Position numbers and translations under genes: made by a program
Part shown: positions 1 through 9,005 of the stretch, one piece after another
Numbering within the stretch: the stretch's first letter is position 1
Layout of the letters: each line of letters begins with the position of its first letter
The notes under the pieces: generated by a model
What the model saw: only the letters and a program-made list of their open reading frames with translations
Told to the model about the DNA's origin: nothing
The model's database searches: none
Source: an uncultured delta proteobacterium
GTDB lineage: Bacteria > Desulfobacterota > Binatia > Binatales > Binataceae
Length of the DNA stretch: 64,000 nt
Reading direction: 5' to 3'
Assembly (NCBI GenBank): GCA_963724765.1
Contig: CAVRVY010000004.1
Span: 416,001 to 480,000 of the forward strand

Positions 1-901
1 GTCCCGCCGCGACCGCCGGATGTCCCGCCGGCGCCGCTATCGCGAACAGCGAGTTGCTGCCGCCACGCTTCGCCTGCCAGGTCGCTCCACCATCGCTGGT
101 CTCAAGCACGTAGCCGCTCGCGGCCACGATATAGCCCTTCTGCGGGCTGCTCCATGCGCTGCCGAACAAGTACAGATCCTGTTCTGTCAGTTCAGGAATG
201 CCCCTATGGTAGGCTTCCTCGTCGGTCACGTCCTCGACGTACTTGGGCAACCCGACGACCTTGTCTGACTCGACCCAGGTCTTACCGCCGTCAGTAGTGT
301 GTTTGATGACGCCGAACTCACCCTGCACCCAACCATTCTTGTCGTCCAGGAAAGCGACGCCGTTGAGACACTCATCCTTGTGCAAGCTCTGGTCTTCCCA
401 GGTCTTGCCGCCGTCAGCCGAGTGAATGACGGTGGCCGAGGGGCCCACAGCCCAGATTTGATTCGGATCCTTACCGCGGCTGATCGAGAGCAGGTTTTCG
501 CTCACGTCCTTGGGCCCGTCAACTTTCTCCCAAGTCTTGCCGCCATCGGTGGTGCGCAGGATGAGCGCTCGCTCTCCGCCGATAACACAGTTGCTGGCGT
601 CGGCGCAGCTGACCGAGAACAGCGAAAAGTGAGTTCCGCTCTTCTGCAGATCGACCTTGGTGGCGTTGTCGGTGACACTCAGGATCGTGCCGTAGGTCCC
701 GACCACCCATGCGTGGTCTTTGTCCGCTACAGCCGAGCCATAGTAGTCCTCGTGCTCGGGCAGCGAACGTCCCTCGGCTACGGTTCCACCGATGCGTTCC
801 TGTATGGCGCGCTTTTGCGCCTCACCTTCGCATCCGACTGAGGTCACGCACAGCGCCAACAGCGCAGCGCCCATTATTGACAAACTGCTGATTCTACCCA
901 T
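1..901 (-). CDS. YCF48-related BNR/Asp-box beta-propeller lipoprotein (3' end outside the window)
   Basis: Not in the ORF track; my own translation from ATG 901 is open to the window edge: MGRISSLSIMGAALLALCVTSVGC (lipobox-like), then four Asp-box repeats RTTDGGKTW, HSADGGKTW, HTTDGGKTW, ETSDGGATW. Confidence 0.85.
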   Translation of the reverse strand, partial: MGRISSLSIMGAALLALCVTSVGCEGEAQKRAIQERIGGTVAEGRSLPEHEDYYGSAVADKDHAWVVGTYGTILSVTDNATKVDLQKSGTHFSLFSVSCADASNCVIGGERALILRTTDGGKTWEKVDGPKDVSENLLSISRGKDPNQIWAVGPSATVIHSADGGKTWEDQSLHKDECLNGVAFLDDKNGWVQGEFGVIKHTTDGGKTWVESDKVVGLPKYVEDVTDEEAYHRGIPELTEQDLYLFGSAWSSPQKGYIVAASGYVLETSDGGATWQAKRGGSNSLFAIAAPAGHPAVAAG

Positions 902-1186
902 CGCACCGTGAAGCAAAGGCCACCTCTCGGCAAATTCCGGTACCGCATCATCGCCGTAACTTTGACGGTTTCAATTAGCTCGCGGTGCTAAAACCGCTTG
1001 CGAATTCACCGTCGTCCCCGAGCGGCTACGTGCGGACCAATTGTGACTTGAGACGCAACGCTTTAACTATCGCGTCTTTCCTATTTCGTCCATCAGTTGC
1101 TTCGGGGGCGGTGTGCGAGATGCCCTAATAGACGGGTTCCCATAGAGTAAGGGTCACCCCGCAGGCCCACGCCCCAAGTGGACGCT

Positions 1187-1214
1187 ATAATGCTTGATCC
1201 AAAGGGAATGTCAA
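1187..1214 (-). promoter_or_regulatory. Candidate sigma70 promoter facing the YCF48 gene
   Basis: Minus strand TTGACA-N16-CATTAT inside a TGCTTGA...TCAAGCA inverted repeat; a plus-strand TATAAT at 1186-1191 overlaps it. Confidence 0.4.
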
Positions 1215-1719
1215 GCAGTCCTGACATTAACAAAGCACGTTTTTTAAAAAACCCTAGGTGCAAGTTCACCTGTCCGTAACATTTGCCTGGCCAGGGCTTC
1301 CCGTGCCCCAGACAGTCCGGTGGTTAGACGCGAACCGGGGCGGCCTGCGCTCAGACCAGCGGTGGCCCCTTATGTGACCTAGCCGCAAGGCCACTCCGCA
1401 CCACCAGCTAACCCTTTTCCAAGCGCGAACGACCCTGCCCCGGCGGAAAGTAAAGACGCTCGCAAAGGGGGTTGGAAGCTATGATCGTCCACTGTTTTCC
1501 ACAGCGTCCGCATCGCGCAGGATCGCGCGAGAAGACCGGGGCCGCCTCTCATACCGGGTTCATAGGCTCCCGGCGCCAGCGTCTTTCGAATCAACCAGCC
1601 CTTCTGGCTATGGCCCGGTGGGCTTGAAAAAAACCCGCCGAAATGCTTGAGCTATGCGGCAACCCGGTGCGAACCGGTCGCACTTCAAGGGAAGCACCAA
1701 CCATAAGGAGCCGAAGCTG

Positions 1720-2112
1720 ATGTTGAGAGGGAAATCATCGTTGTTCGCGGTAGTCGTGGCGTGTGTAGTCGCCGCAGCGTGGTCCGGGGTGGGGATGGCA
1801 GACGATATCACCCCCGATAACGTCGGAACGATGTCGGCAAACGCCAAGACCGCCCAGGATTACCAAGCGCTCGCTAATTACTACGAGGCTCAGGCGAAAG
1901 CGGCCAAGGCTGACGCCGACCAGGTCAAAGCTCAGTACGACGCCATCCACCAGAAAAAGGGGAAGCGCACGGGGTCTGACACGGAAGTGATCGCTACGCA
2001 AGGGACTTTCATGAAAGAGGCCCGCGCACACTACAACGAGATGGCAGCGCACGACGCGAAAATGGCTGAGATGTACGAGAAAGCCGCCAAGTCGGCGGGC
2101 GGCGGACAGTAG
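1720..2112 (+). CDS. Secreted helical Ala/Lys-rich hypothetical protein
   Basis: AAGGAG RBS before ATG 1720; signal peptide; AKTAQDYQALANYYEAQA segment. Confidence 0.75.
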   Translation: MLRGKSSLFAVVVACVVAAAWSGVGMADDITPDNVGTMSANAKTAQDYQALANYYEAQAKAAKADADQVKAQYDAIHQKKGKRTGSDTEVIATQGTFMKEARAHYNEMAAHDAKMAEMYEKAAKSAGGGQ

Positions 2113-2306
2113 TCAGTCCTCTGCTTTAAAATCCTTGCGTGGTCGAACGTGCGCGCTCGACCAAATTAACACCGCCCCCTGGCTTCGCCGCCAAAGGGTC
2201 CGTTAACGATCTGAGCGGATCCACTCAATCGAACTCTGGCGAGGTCAGGGGGCGGAGCATTTCCGCCAGCGCAACCATTCTCCGCAACTGAGACGATCTG
2301 TTATAT

Positions 2307-2449
2307 CCCCGCTCCTTGTCCAAGGAGAGAGTTAGGGAAAGGCCCGGTGGCCGCTTTACGCGATTCGCTCGAAGTGGCTGCGGCACAGCGGAATCCAGAT
2401 TGACTCCCGCGCGGCGCGCGACGACCTCTCCTTTAGTCAGGAAGAGGTT
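2307..2449. repeat. REP/MITE-like element, copy 1 (degenerate right end)
   Basis: Begins CCCCGCTCCTTGTCCAAGGAGAG, ends CGACCTCTCCTTTAGTCAGGAAGAGG; internal GGCACAGCG shared with 5861-6007. Confidence 0.7.
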
Positions 2450-2548
2450 AAGAGATGCCGGGCGCGAGGGTTATGCAAGCTCTCGCAGGATAAGGAGAAG
2501 TGATAAATGGAAGCATTGTGTTAGTTGAGCAACTGCTACGAGTGAGCG

Positions 2549-3553
2549 CTACTGGCCAAGCCAGCCAACGTTATCGAACAGCGCGAGCGAGTCGGCGAGC
2601 GCGCGCATCCGCGCCTTGTATTGCGCACGCAGCCGCAGCGCGTCCTGGATGGTCACGGCGCGAAAGGTAAAGCGCGTGCGCGGAGCGGCCTGCGCCACGC
2701 GATCGAGGTCGCACTGGATGACGGTTCCGATGGTCGCATAGCCGCCGCCGGTAACCGCGTCGCGCATCAGCAGGATTCCCTCTTTTCCGCCGGGCACCTG
2801 GATCGATCCGACCGGGTAGCCAACGTCGACCACGTTGGAGGGATCGGACCCGGCGCCGAAGGGCGGCTCGCGATCGCGAAACTGGAACCCGGCTCCATGA
2901 ATGCGGTAGCCGATACGGTCCGCCTCGGTGGAGACCTCCCACGGGGTGTTCAGAAATTGCGCGATGCTCGCCTCGGTGAGCCGATAGCTGCAGAGCCCCA
3001 TCAGGATGCGCAGTTCGGCGACATCCGGAAAGGTTGGCAGAAGCCGCGGATCGAGCCGACGCCCGGTAAGCTCGGCGGCGCCGCGCCGCGGCGTGCCAAT
3101 GGCAAGCACGTCCTGCGCCGCGATCGTGCGGCCACTGATTCCGCCGAAACGGCCGAGCAGGTAGGTCGAACGGCTGCCGAGCAACTCGGGCACGTCGATT
3201 CCGCCGCCGACACATACGTAGGAACGGACGCCCGCGACCGCCTGTCCGCACTGGAGCTTGTCGCCCGGCGCAAGGGCGAGCGCAACCCACATCGGCGCCG
3301 GCTCGCCATTAAGCCGCAGCTCGAGCGGCGCGCCAGTCACCGCGACCGTCACGTTGGCCGCGGCCTCGAGGTCCGGTCCCAGGAAAGTCGTCTCCAGCGC
3401 CGCGGCGCCTTCGTCGTTACCGACCAGCAGGTTGCCGGCGCGAAACGAAAACTGATCCATCGCGCCCGACGGCGGCATCCCGATGTGATACCAGCCGAAG
3501 CGTCCGGCGTCCTGGATCGTGGTCAGCAGTCCGGGTCTCAGGACTTTGAGCAT
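2549..3553 (-). CDS. pxpC: PxpC / allophanate hydrolase subunit 2-like (KipA family)
   Basis: LLTTIQDAGRFG, PPSGAMD, LGSRSTY, DRIGYR, GGYATIGTV motifs. Confidence 0.88.
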   Translation of the reverse strand: MLKVLRPGLLTTIQDAGRFGWYHIGMPPSGAMDQFSFRAGNLLVGNDEGAAALETTFLGPDLEAAANVTVAVTGAPLELRLNGEPAPMWVALALAPGDKLQCGQAVAGVRSYVCVGGGIDVPELLGSRSTYLLGRFGGISGRTIAAQDVLAIGTPRRGAAELTGRRLDPRLLPTFPDVAELRILMGLCSYRLTEASIAQFLNTPWEVSTEADRIGYRIHGAGFQFRDREPPFGAGSDPSNVVDVGYPVGSIQVPGGKEGILLMRDAVTGGGYATIGTVIQCDLDRVAQAAPRTRFTFRAVTIQDALRLRAQYKARMRALADSLALFDNVGWLGQ

Positions 3554-4419
3554 GCGCGCGCTTCTTCCTGCAGGCGGTCGAGGTAACGCTCGGGATCCTC
3601 GAAATAGACCGCCGGCCTGAATTCCTGCTCGACGATCCGGTAGCGATAAGTACCGGCCTCGACCTCGGCGCGAATCGCGTTGAATTCATCGAGATCGATC
3701 GGCCGCAATTTCCATCGATCCGCCGCCTTGGCCAGAATTCGCGTCTCGCGCAGATCGACCAGCCGCCCCTCGGGCTCGTAAACCGGCACCGGCGTCATCC
3801 CGATCAACTGGTAGCCGCCCGGGCCGCGCACCGGATAGATCGCCATGAACGCGCCGCCGTGCGAGACCGTGCGCTCGGGCGTGTCGGTGCGCGGGCGGAT
3901 GTACTTGGGCGCCTGCAGCGCGCGCTCGCGCGGCACCATCTGGTAGCCCCAAGCGGTGCCGGGCACGAACCCCACCATCGAAATCCAGTACGGGCGTCTA
4001 GAGTGCGCCTCGATAAATTCCTGCTTGTCGCTGAAGCCATTGATGCGCATCAGGTATTCCAGGTTGGTGACCGAGGGGTCCTGATGGCGCTCGGCGAACT
4101 GCGTGGCGCAGTCCTTGGTCCACGGATCGTCATACAGGACCGGGATATCGACGATGCGCGAGCTGATGGCGGTGATGTGGTCGGCCTGATGCTCAAGCTG
4201 GCGCAGCTTTTTGACCAGCTTGTCCGGATCGATTTCTTCGGGCCGATAGTGCATCAGGTATGAAGCGTTGCCGGGGCATACCTCGATCACTCCCGGGATG
4301 CGTTCGCGGTCAATTTCCTGGCAGATCGACAAAATCTTGAAATTGACCTCGAGGCTCATCTCGATATCGAAGTCGACGAAAATATATTCGTCGCCGCCGA
4401 AGTCGTAGCGGACATCCAT
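3538..4419 (-). CDS. pxpB: PxpB / allophanate hydrolase subunit 1-like (KipI family), long form
   Basis: FGGDE, DIPVLY, MVGFVPG, IYPVRGPGGYQLIGMTP; overlaps the pxpC start. Confidence 0.85.
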   Translation of the reverse strand: MDVRYDFGGDEYIFVDFDIEMSLEVNFKILSICQEIDRERIPGVIEVCPGNASYLMHYRPEEIDPDKLVKKLRQLEHQADHITAISSRIVDIPVLYDDPWTKDCATQFAERHQDPSVTNLEYLMRINGFSDKQEFIEAHSRRPYWISMVGFVPGTAWGYQMVPRERALQAPKYIRPRTDTPERTVSHGGAFMAIYPVRGPGGYQLIGMTPVPVYEPEGRLVDLRETRILAKAADRWKLRPIDLDEFNAIRAEVEAGTYRYRIVEQEFRPAVYFEDPERYLDRLQEEARACSKS

Positions 4420-4442
4420 CGCGCCGGCCCCCTCCTCTCCGC

Positions 4443-5792
4443 TCAGCCTGCGGCCATCTCGCGCAGCACCTCGTCGGCGACGCGCAGCACTTCCTTCACG
4501 TCCTCGGCGGTATGCGCGGCCGAGAGGAACCCCGGATGGTGTGGGGTCAGCAGGATGCCCTTGGACAGCAGCCCCATGCTGAATTCATACTGGCGGGCGT
4601 GATTGGCGCGCATCGCGGTGCGCTTGCTCGTGATTGGCCCGTCGGCGAAGTGGACGTGAAAGAGCGACCCGATGCCGGTGACCTGGACTGGGAAGCCGCA
4701 GCGCCGCGCGCTCTGCGCGATTCCTTCGCGCACCGCGTGCCCCATCGCCCCGACGTATTCGTAGACCGGATTGCGTTCGAGTTCGGTGAGCGCAGCCAAG
4801 CCGGCCGCCATGCTGATCGGATTGCCCGAAAACGTGCCCGAGGCGAAGCTCTTCTCCTTGACGTCTGAGGGCTGCTTGGTCGGCGTGATCACCTTCTCCA
4901 TCAAATCGCGCCGTCCGCCGAAAGCGCCGACCGGAAAGCCACCCCCGACGATCTTGCCGATACATCCGAGGTCCGGCCGCACCCCGAAGTGGGCCGCCGC
5001 GCCGCCCAGGCCGAGACGAAAGCCGGTGACGACCTCGTCGAAGATGAGCATCACGCCGTTTTCCTGGGTCACCTTGCGCAGCGCACGCAGAAATTCCAGG
5101 TCGGCGGGGACCGCGCCGGTGAAGAACGCCGCTACCGGCTCGATGATCACCGCGGCGAGTTCGCCCGCGTGGCGGCGCACCAGATCGATCGCCGCCATAT
5201 CGTTGTACGGCAGCATCAGGACGTTTTCGAGGACCGAGTGCGGGATGCCGGCGCAGTCCGGCATCGAGAGCGGCTCGCTTTCGGGCCCCTGCCCGCCCAC
5301 CGCGCCGCCGACCAGCGACCAGTCGTGCTGACCGTGGTAGTTGCCCTCGAACTTGGCGACCCGTTCGCGTCCGGTAAACGCGCGCGCCGCCCGCATCGCC
5401 ATCAGAGTCGCCTCGGAGCCGCTGTTAACGAAGCGGATCATCTCCATGTAGTCCATCAGGCGCGAGACTTTCTTGGCCAGCTTCACCTCCAGCTCGGTCG
5501 CCATCAGGGGCAGGATCGCCTCGTCGATCTGCTCCTTAACCGCGCGTCTTATCGACTCGTGGCCGTGGCCCAGGATGGCCGCGCCGACCGCGTCGAGCAG
5601 ATCGACGTAGTCATTACCGTCGACATCGATGACGTGCGAACCGCTGGCGCGCTTGACGTAGAGCGGATAGGGCTTGAGGAACTTGGCGTTGCCGCTGACC
5701 CCGCCGGGCAGGTAGTTGCGCGCGTCCTCGTAAATCTCGCGCGAGCGTGGCGTGCGCGCGACGTAGGCGTTGACGAATTTTTCGAGCGCCAT
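4443..5792 (-). CDS. Class III PLP aminotransferase, glutamate-1-semialdehyde aminomutase-like
   Basis: LPGGVS, RFVNSGSEA, KFEGNYHG, LIFDEVVTGFR, PLP lysine in GKIVGGG, SGTFSGNP. Confidence 0.9.
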   Translation of the reverse strand: MALEKFVNAYVARTPRSREIYEDARNYLPGGVSGNAKFLKPYPLYVKRASGSHVIDVDGNDYVDLLDAVGAAILGHGHESIRRAVKEQIDEAILPLMATELEVKLAKKVSRLMDYMEMIRFVNSGSEATLMAMRAARAFTGRERVAKFEGNYHGQHDWSLVGGAVGGQGPESEPLSMPDCAGIPHSVLENVLMLPYNDMAAIDLVRRHAGELAAVIIEPVAAFFTGAVPADLEFLRALRKVTQENGVMLIFDEVVTGFRLGLGGAAAHFGVRPDLGCIGKIVGGGFPVGAFGGRRDLMEKVITPTKQPSDVKEKSFASGTFSGNPISMAAGLAALTELERNPVYEYVGAMGHAVREGIAQSARRCGFPVQVTGIGSLFHVHFADGPITSKRTAMRANHARQYEFSMGLLSKGILLTPHHPGFLSAAHTAEDVKEVLRVADEVLREMAAG

Positions 5793-5860
5793 CGTGATGA
5801 CTTCTCCTGACTTTTTCCGACGGAATTTTTTCCACAGCGACAGCGACCTGACCGTTCTTA

Positions 5861-6007
5861 CCCCCGCTCCTTGTCCAAGGAGAGGCTTGGGGAGAGGTCA
5901 TGCGATCGATTTTCGCGAGCCGCCCGAAATGGGTGTGGCACAGCGTAATTTCAACCTCTGCCGCCGCTCGCGATGCTCGCGGCGACCTCTCCTTGGACAA
6001 GGAGCGG
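5861..6007. repeat. REP/MITE-like element, copy 2, with perfect 22-bp terminal inverted repeats
   Basis: CCGCTCCTTGTCCAAGGAGAGG ... CCTCTCCTTGGACAAGGAGCGG; each arm is itself palindromic. Confidence 0.8.
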
Positions 6008-6022
6008 TTTTAGCAAGAAGGA

Positions 6023-6841
6023 TCATGCGTGGGCGTGCGCGGCATGCGTGCGGCCGTTGCCCTTGCCTTTGAGAAGGTCGTGCACGGCGCTGCGCGCGGA
6101 CACTCCGGCCTCCTTGAGCGCCTGGTGCAATGCGGTCAGGACCTCGGGCGCGTTGATCACGTCGCCATGGACGCAGATGCTATCGGCCTCGACGTTAATA
6201 TCCTTGCCGCTGGAACTTTTGACCTTGCCCTCGGTGACAAACTTCATCACCAGGCCGACCATCTCCTCGACATTTTCCTCGCCGTAGGTGCGTTTGACGC
6301 CGATCGATCCGTCATCGGCGTAAACCAGGCCGGGATAGAATTCCTTGATCACCCGAAAGCCCATCTTTTCCGCAACCTCGAGCATCGGATGGCGCGGCAG
6401 CGCGGGCAGGTAGGCGACGAAGTCGGGATCGACTTCGCGAAAGCCCTCGAGAATCGCGCGCGCGTTTTCCGCGCTCTGCTGCGCCCACAGATAAAATGCG
6501 CCGTGCGGCTTGGCCGCGATAAGCGGGACCCCGGCGGCGTCGGCAAACGCCTTGACCGCGCCGACCTGGTAGACCACGTAGTCGCGCGCCTCCTGCTGCG
6601 TGATGTTCATCAGGCGGCGCCCGAAGCCCATCTTGTCGGGAAACCCCGGATGCGCGCCCAGCGTGACCCCGTAGCGCTTGGCGGATTCCACCGTGCGCCG
6701 AATCCACACCGGGTCGCCGGCATGAAAGCCGCACGCGATGTTGGCGTGGTCGATCTGCTTCATCACTTCGTCCGGACGGCCCAGCACGTAGTTGCCGAAG
6801 GACTCGCCCATATCGCTATTCAAATCGATCCAGCTACGCAT
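6023..6841 (-). CDS. pxpA: LamB/YcsF family 5-oxoprolinase subunit A-like protein
   Basis: IDLNSDMGESFG, ANIACGFHAGDP, GAHPGFPD, KPHGA, SICVHGD; GGAGG RBS before ATG 6841. Confidence 0.9.
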   Translation of the reverse strand: MRSWIDLNSDMGESFGNYVLGRPDEVMKQIDHANIACGFHAGDPVWIRRTVESAKRYGVTLGAHPGFPDKMGFGRRLMNITQQEARDYVVYQVGAVKAFADAAGVPLIAAKPHGAFYLWAQQSAENARAILEGFREVDPDFVAYLPALPRHPMLEVAEKMGFRVIKEFYPGLVYADDGSIGVKRTYGEENVEEMVGLVMKFVTEGKVKSSSGKDINVEADSICVHGDVINAPEVLTALHQALKEAGVSARSAVHDLLKGKGNGRTHAAHAHA

Positions 6842-6958
6842 TGTCGGTGAACCTCCCTGCGGGGCAGCGGCGCGTCCGCGCTCGCAATCGGTATCCATAA
6901 TCTTTTCAGGTCTTTCGGATTATCGCAGATTCTCGCAGAGCTTTCAGATCGTGCAGGA

Positions 6959-7987
6959 TCAACTTTTGACGTGCGGCATCACTTCCGCGGCGAACAGCCG
7001 CATCGAGCCCATCGTCTTGTCCATATCGACACCCGGAAACTGCATCCAGCAAATAAGATAGTCCATTCCGATCTCGCTCTGGTAGCGTTGGATCTCGCGC
7101 ACGCAATGGTCGGGGCTGCCGATGATGAAGCGCTCGCGATGGCTCTCGAAGGTCACGGTGGCCGGGTCCTTGACCAGCTCGCCGTGATCATCGCGCAGCG
7201 GCCGCACGCCCGCCCACTTGCCGTACATTCCGCCATGGATATGCATCACGCCGTCGCGCGCCTCGGCTTCGGCCTGGGCGGTGGTCGGCGCGCAGTAGAC
7301 CTCGCGGATGATCGGGACGCAGGTGGGATGCTTGCCGAACTGCTGCAGGTACTCGCCGTAGATCGCGAAGTGCTGCTTCAGCTCGGCGATATGATGGCGC
7401 GGTGAAGCGACCAGCGCGTCGGCCCATTGCGCGGCCCGGCGGACTCCGGCCTGCGTCGAAGCGCCGATCCAGATCGGCGGGCGCGGCTTCTGCACCGGTT
7501 TGGGCGTGACCGACGTCTCGGGAATCCTGTAGTAGCGGCCCTCGTACGAGAATGACTCCGTGGTCCAGGCCTTGATCATGATGTCGAGCTGCTCTTCCAT
7601 CCGCCGCTCACGGCCGGCGCGCTCTTCTTGGTGGCCGGCGAACTCCTCGGGCCGGTAGCCCGCCGCCACGCCCAGGATGATACGGCCGTTGGAGATGTTG
7701 TCGAGCACGGCCACGTCTTCGGCCGATTGCACCGGGCGATGGAGCGGCAGCAGGTACATGCTGGTGCCGATGGTCATGCGCCGCGTGCGCGCCGCCATCG
7801 CCGCCGCGGTGACCAGCGGCGAAGGGCAGATGCCGTCGGCGAGAAAATGATGCTCGACCAGCCAGGCGGAGTCGAAGCCGAGGCCCTCGCCGGCTTCGAC
7901 CTCTTCGAGCATCTCGCGATAGATCTGCGCCTGGGTCGCGGGCTTGTCAGGCCGCGATTGAAGTGAGTACAAGAGGCCAAAGCGCAT
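6959..7987 (-). CDS. LLM-class (luciferase-like) flavin-dependent oxidoreductase
   Basis: MRFG, GFDSAWLVEHHF, LDNISNGRIILG, PKPVQKPRPPIWIG, FAAEVMP. Confidence 0.92.
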   Translation of the reverse strand: MRFGLLYSLQSRPDKPATQAQIYREMLEEVEAGEGLGFDSAWLVEHHFLADGICPSPLVTAAAMAARTRRMTIGTSMYLLPLHRPVQSAEDVAVLDNISNGRIILGVAAGYRPEEFAGHQEERAGRERRMEEQLDIMIKAWTTESFSYEGRYYRIPETSVTPKPVQKPRPPIWIGASTQAGVRRAAQWADALVASPRHHIAELKQHFAIYGEYLQQFGKHPTCVPIIREVYCAPTTAQAEAEARDGVMHIHGGMYGKWAGVRPLRDDHGELVKDPATVTFESHRERFIIGSPDHCVREIQRYQSEIGMDYLICWMQFPGVDMDKTMGSMRLFAAEVMPHVKS

Positions 7988-8252
7988 CGCTTCCTCCTTG
8001 AGACTAGCTGACGGCCAGAGTTCCTATAGGCGCTGCTATACCATAGCCGGTTTATGTCGAATAGCCGGATCGTTAATGAACGACAAACCACGGCCCAGGT
8101 TCGAGGCCAAAAAGACTACAGATAGGGCTTGTCGCGGGGCGAAACTTATGAGACAACCGTTCAGATATTTAAGAAGGTTCTCTGGGTAACTCTAGCTGGC
8201 CGGGGGAGGCATCGCTGGAGCGCGCTGCTCGTCCAAAGGCTGGGAAGGAAGG

Positions 8253-8936
8253 ATGATGGTGAGAAGAAAATTAGGTCTATACCTGATGGGAGCGGCAGCT
8301 GTGTGTATGATCGCCGGCTGCTCGGCCAACGAAGAGCAGAGAAACTGCGAAACTCTGGGCGCGGGCATCGGCGCAATAGCCGGCGCCGGGATTGCCACCG
8401 CGGTTATCCTGACCACCAAGAACCACGGCTCGCACGAAAGCACCTACTTCGCGTGGGGTATTCCTGCCGGGCTCGCGGGCGGTGGTCTGATTGGTGGAGT
8501 GATCGGCCACTACATGTGCCCGCCGCCTCCGCCGCCGCCGCCAGCTCCGCCGCCGCCACCGCCGCCGCCACCACCTCCGCCGCCTCCTCCGCCGCCGGAG
8601 AAGCTAATCCTGCGTGGCGTGCATTTCGACTTTAACAAGTCCAACATCCGTCCGCAGGATGCGGCTGTGCTCGATGAAGCTGCGGGCATCCTGAAGCAGC
8701 ACGGCGACGTATCGGTCAACGTCAACGGCTACTGCGACGCGATCGGTTCAGTACGGTACAACCTGAAGCTCTCGGAGCGCCGCTCCGACGCGGTCGTGAG
8801 GTACCTTGCTGACCACGGCATCGCGGAAAGCCGCCTGAGCCCGCACGGCTACGGGAAGACGGACTTCGTCGCCACCAACAAGACGGCTGAAGGACGCGCT
8901 CAAAACCGCCGGGTCGAGCTGATTCCGAATCAGTAA
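8253..8936 (+). CDS. OmpA-family lipoprotein with glycine zipper and polyproline linker
   Basis: IAGC lipobox, GAGIGAIAGAG, long Pro run, GVHFDFNKS, YNLKLSERR, GRAQNRRVE. Confidence 0.92.
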   Translation: MMVRRKLGLYLMGAAAVCMIAGCSANEEQRNCETLGAGIGAIAGAGIATAVILTTKNHGSHESTYFAWGIPAGLAGGGLIGGVIGHYMCPPPPPPPPAPPPPPPPPPPPPPPPPPEKLILRGVHFDFNKSNIRPQDAAVLDEAAGILKQHGDVSVNVNGYCDAIGSVRYNLKLSERRSDAVVRYLADHGIAESRLSPHGYGKTDFVATNKTAEGRAQNRRVELIPNQ

Positions 8937-8958
8937 GAGTCGGGCGACATAGACGCAG

Positions 8959-8994
8959 CAACGGCCGCAGTCCCTCACGGGGCTGCGGCCGTTG
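8959..8994. terminator. Hairpin between convergent ompA and beta-helix genes
   Basis: CAACGGCCGCAG-TCCCTCACGGGG-CTGCGGCCGTTG; near copy at 10245-10297. Confidence 0.7.
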
Positions 8995-9005
8995 TGCGTT
9001 CGAGG

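Noticed and set aside
299-841. 180-aa plus-strand ORF
   Set aside because: Antisense to the YCF48 gene, which has clear Asp-box repeats
1330-1425. c-di-AMP (ydaO) riboswitch hinted by GAACCGGGG and CAGCTAACCC
   Set aside because: The central GGGGTGAATC and CCCGAACCCG elements are absent; a cmscan would be needed
4443-5792. Calling this gene hemL
   Set aside because: It has LPGGVSGNAK rather than PGGVNSPVRAF and sits in a catabolic operon, so it is probably a paralog
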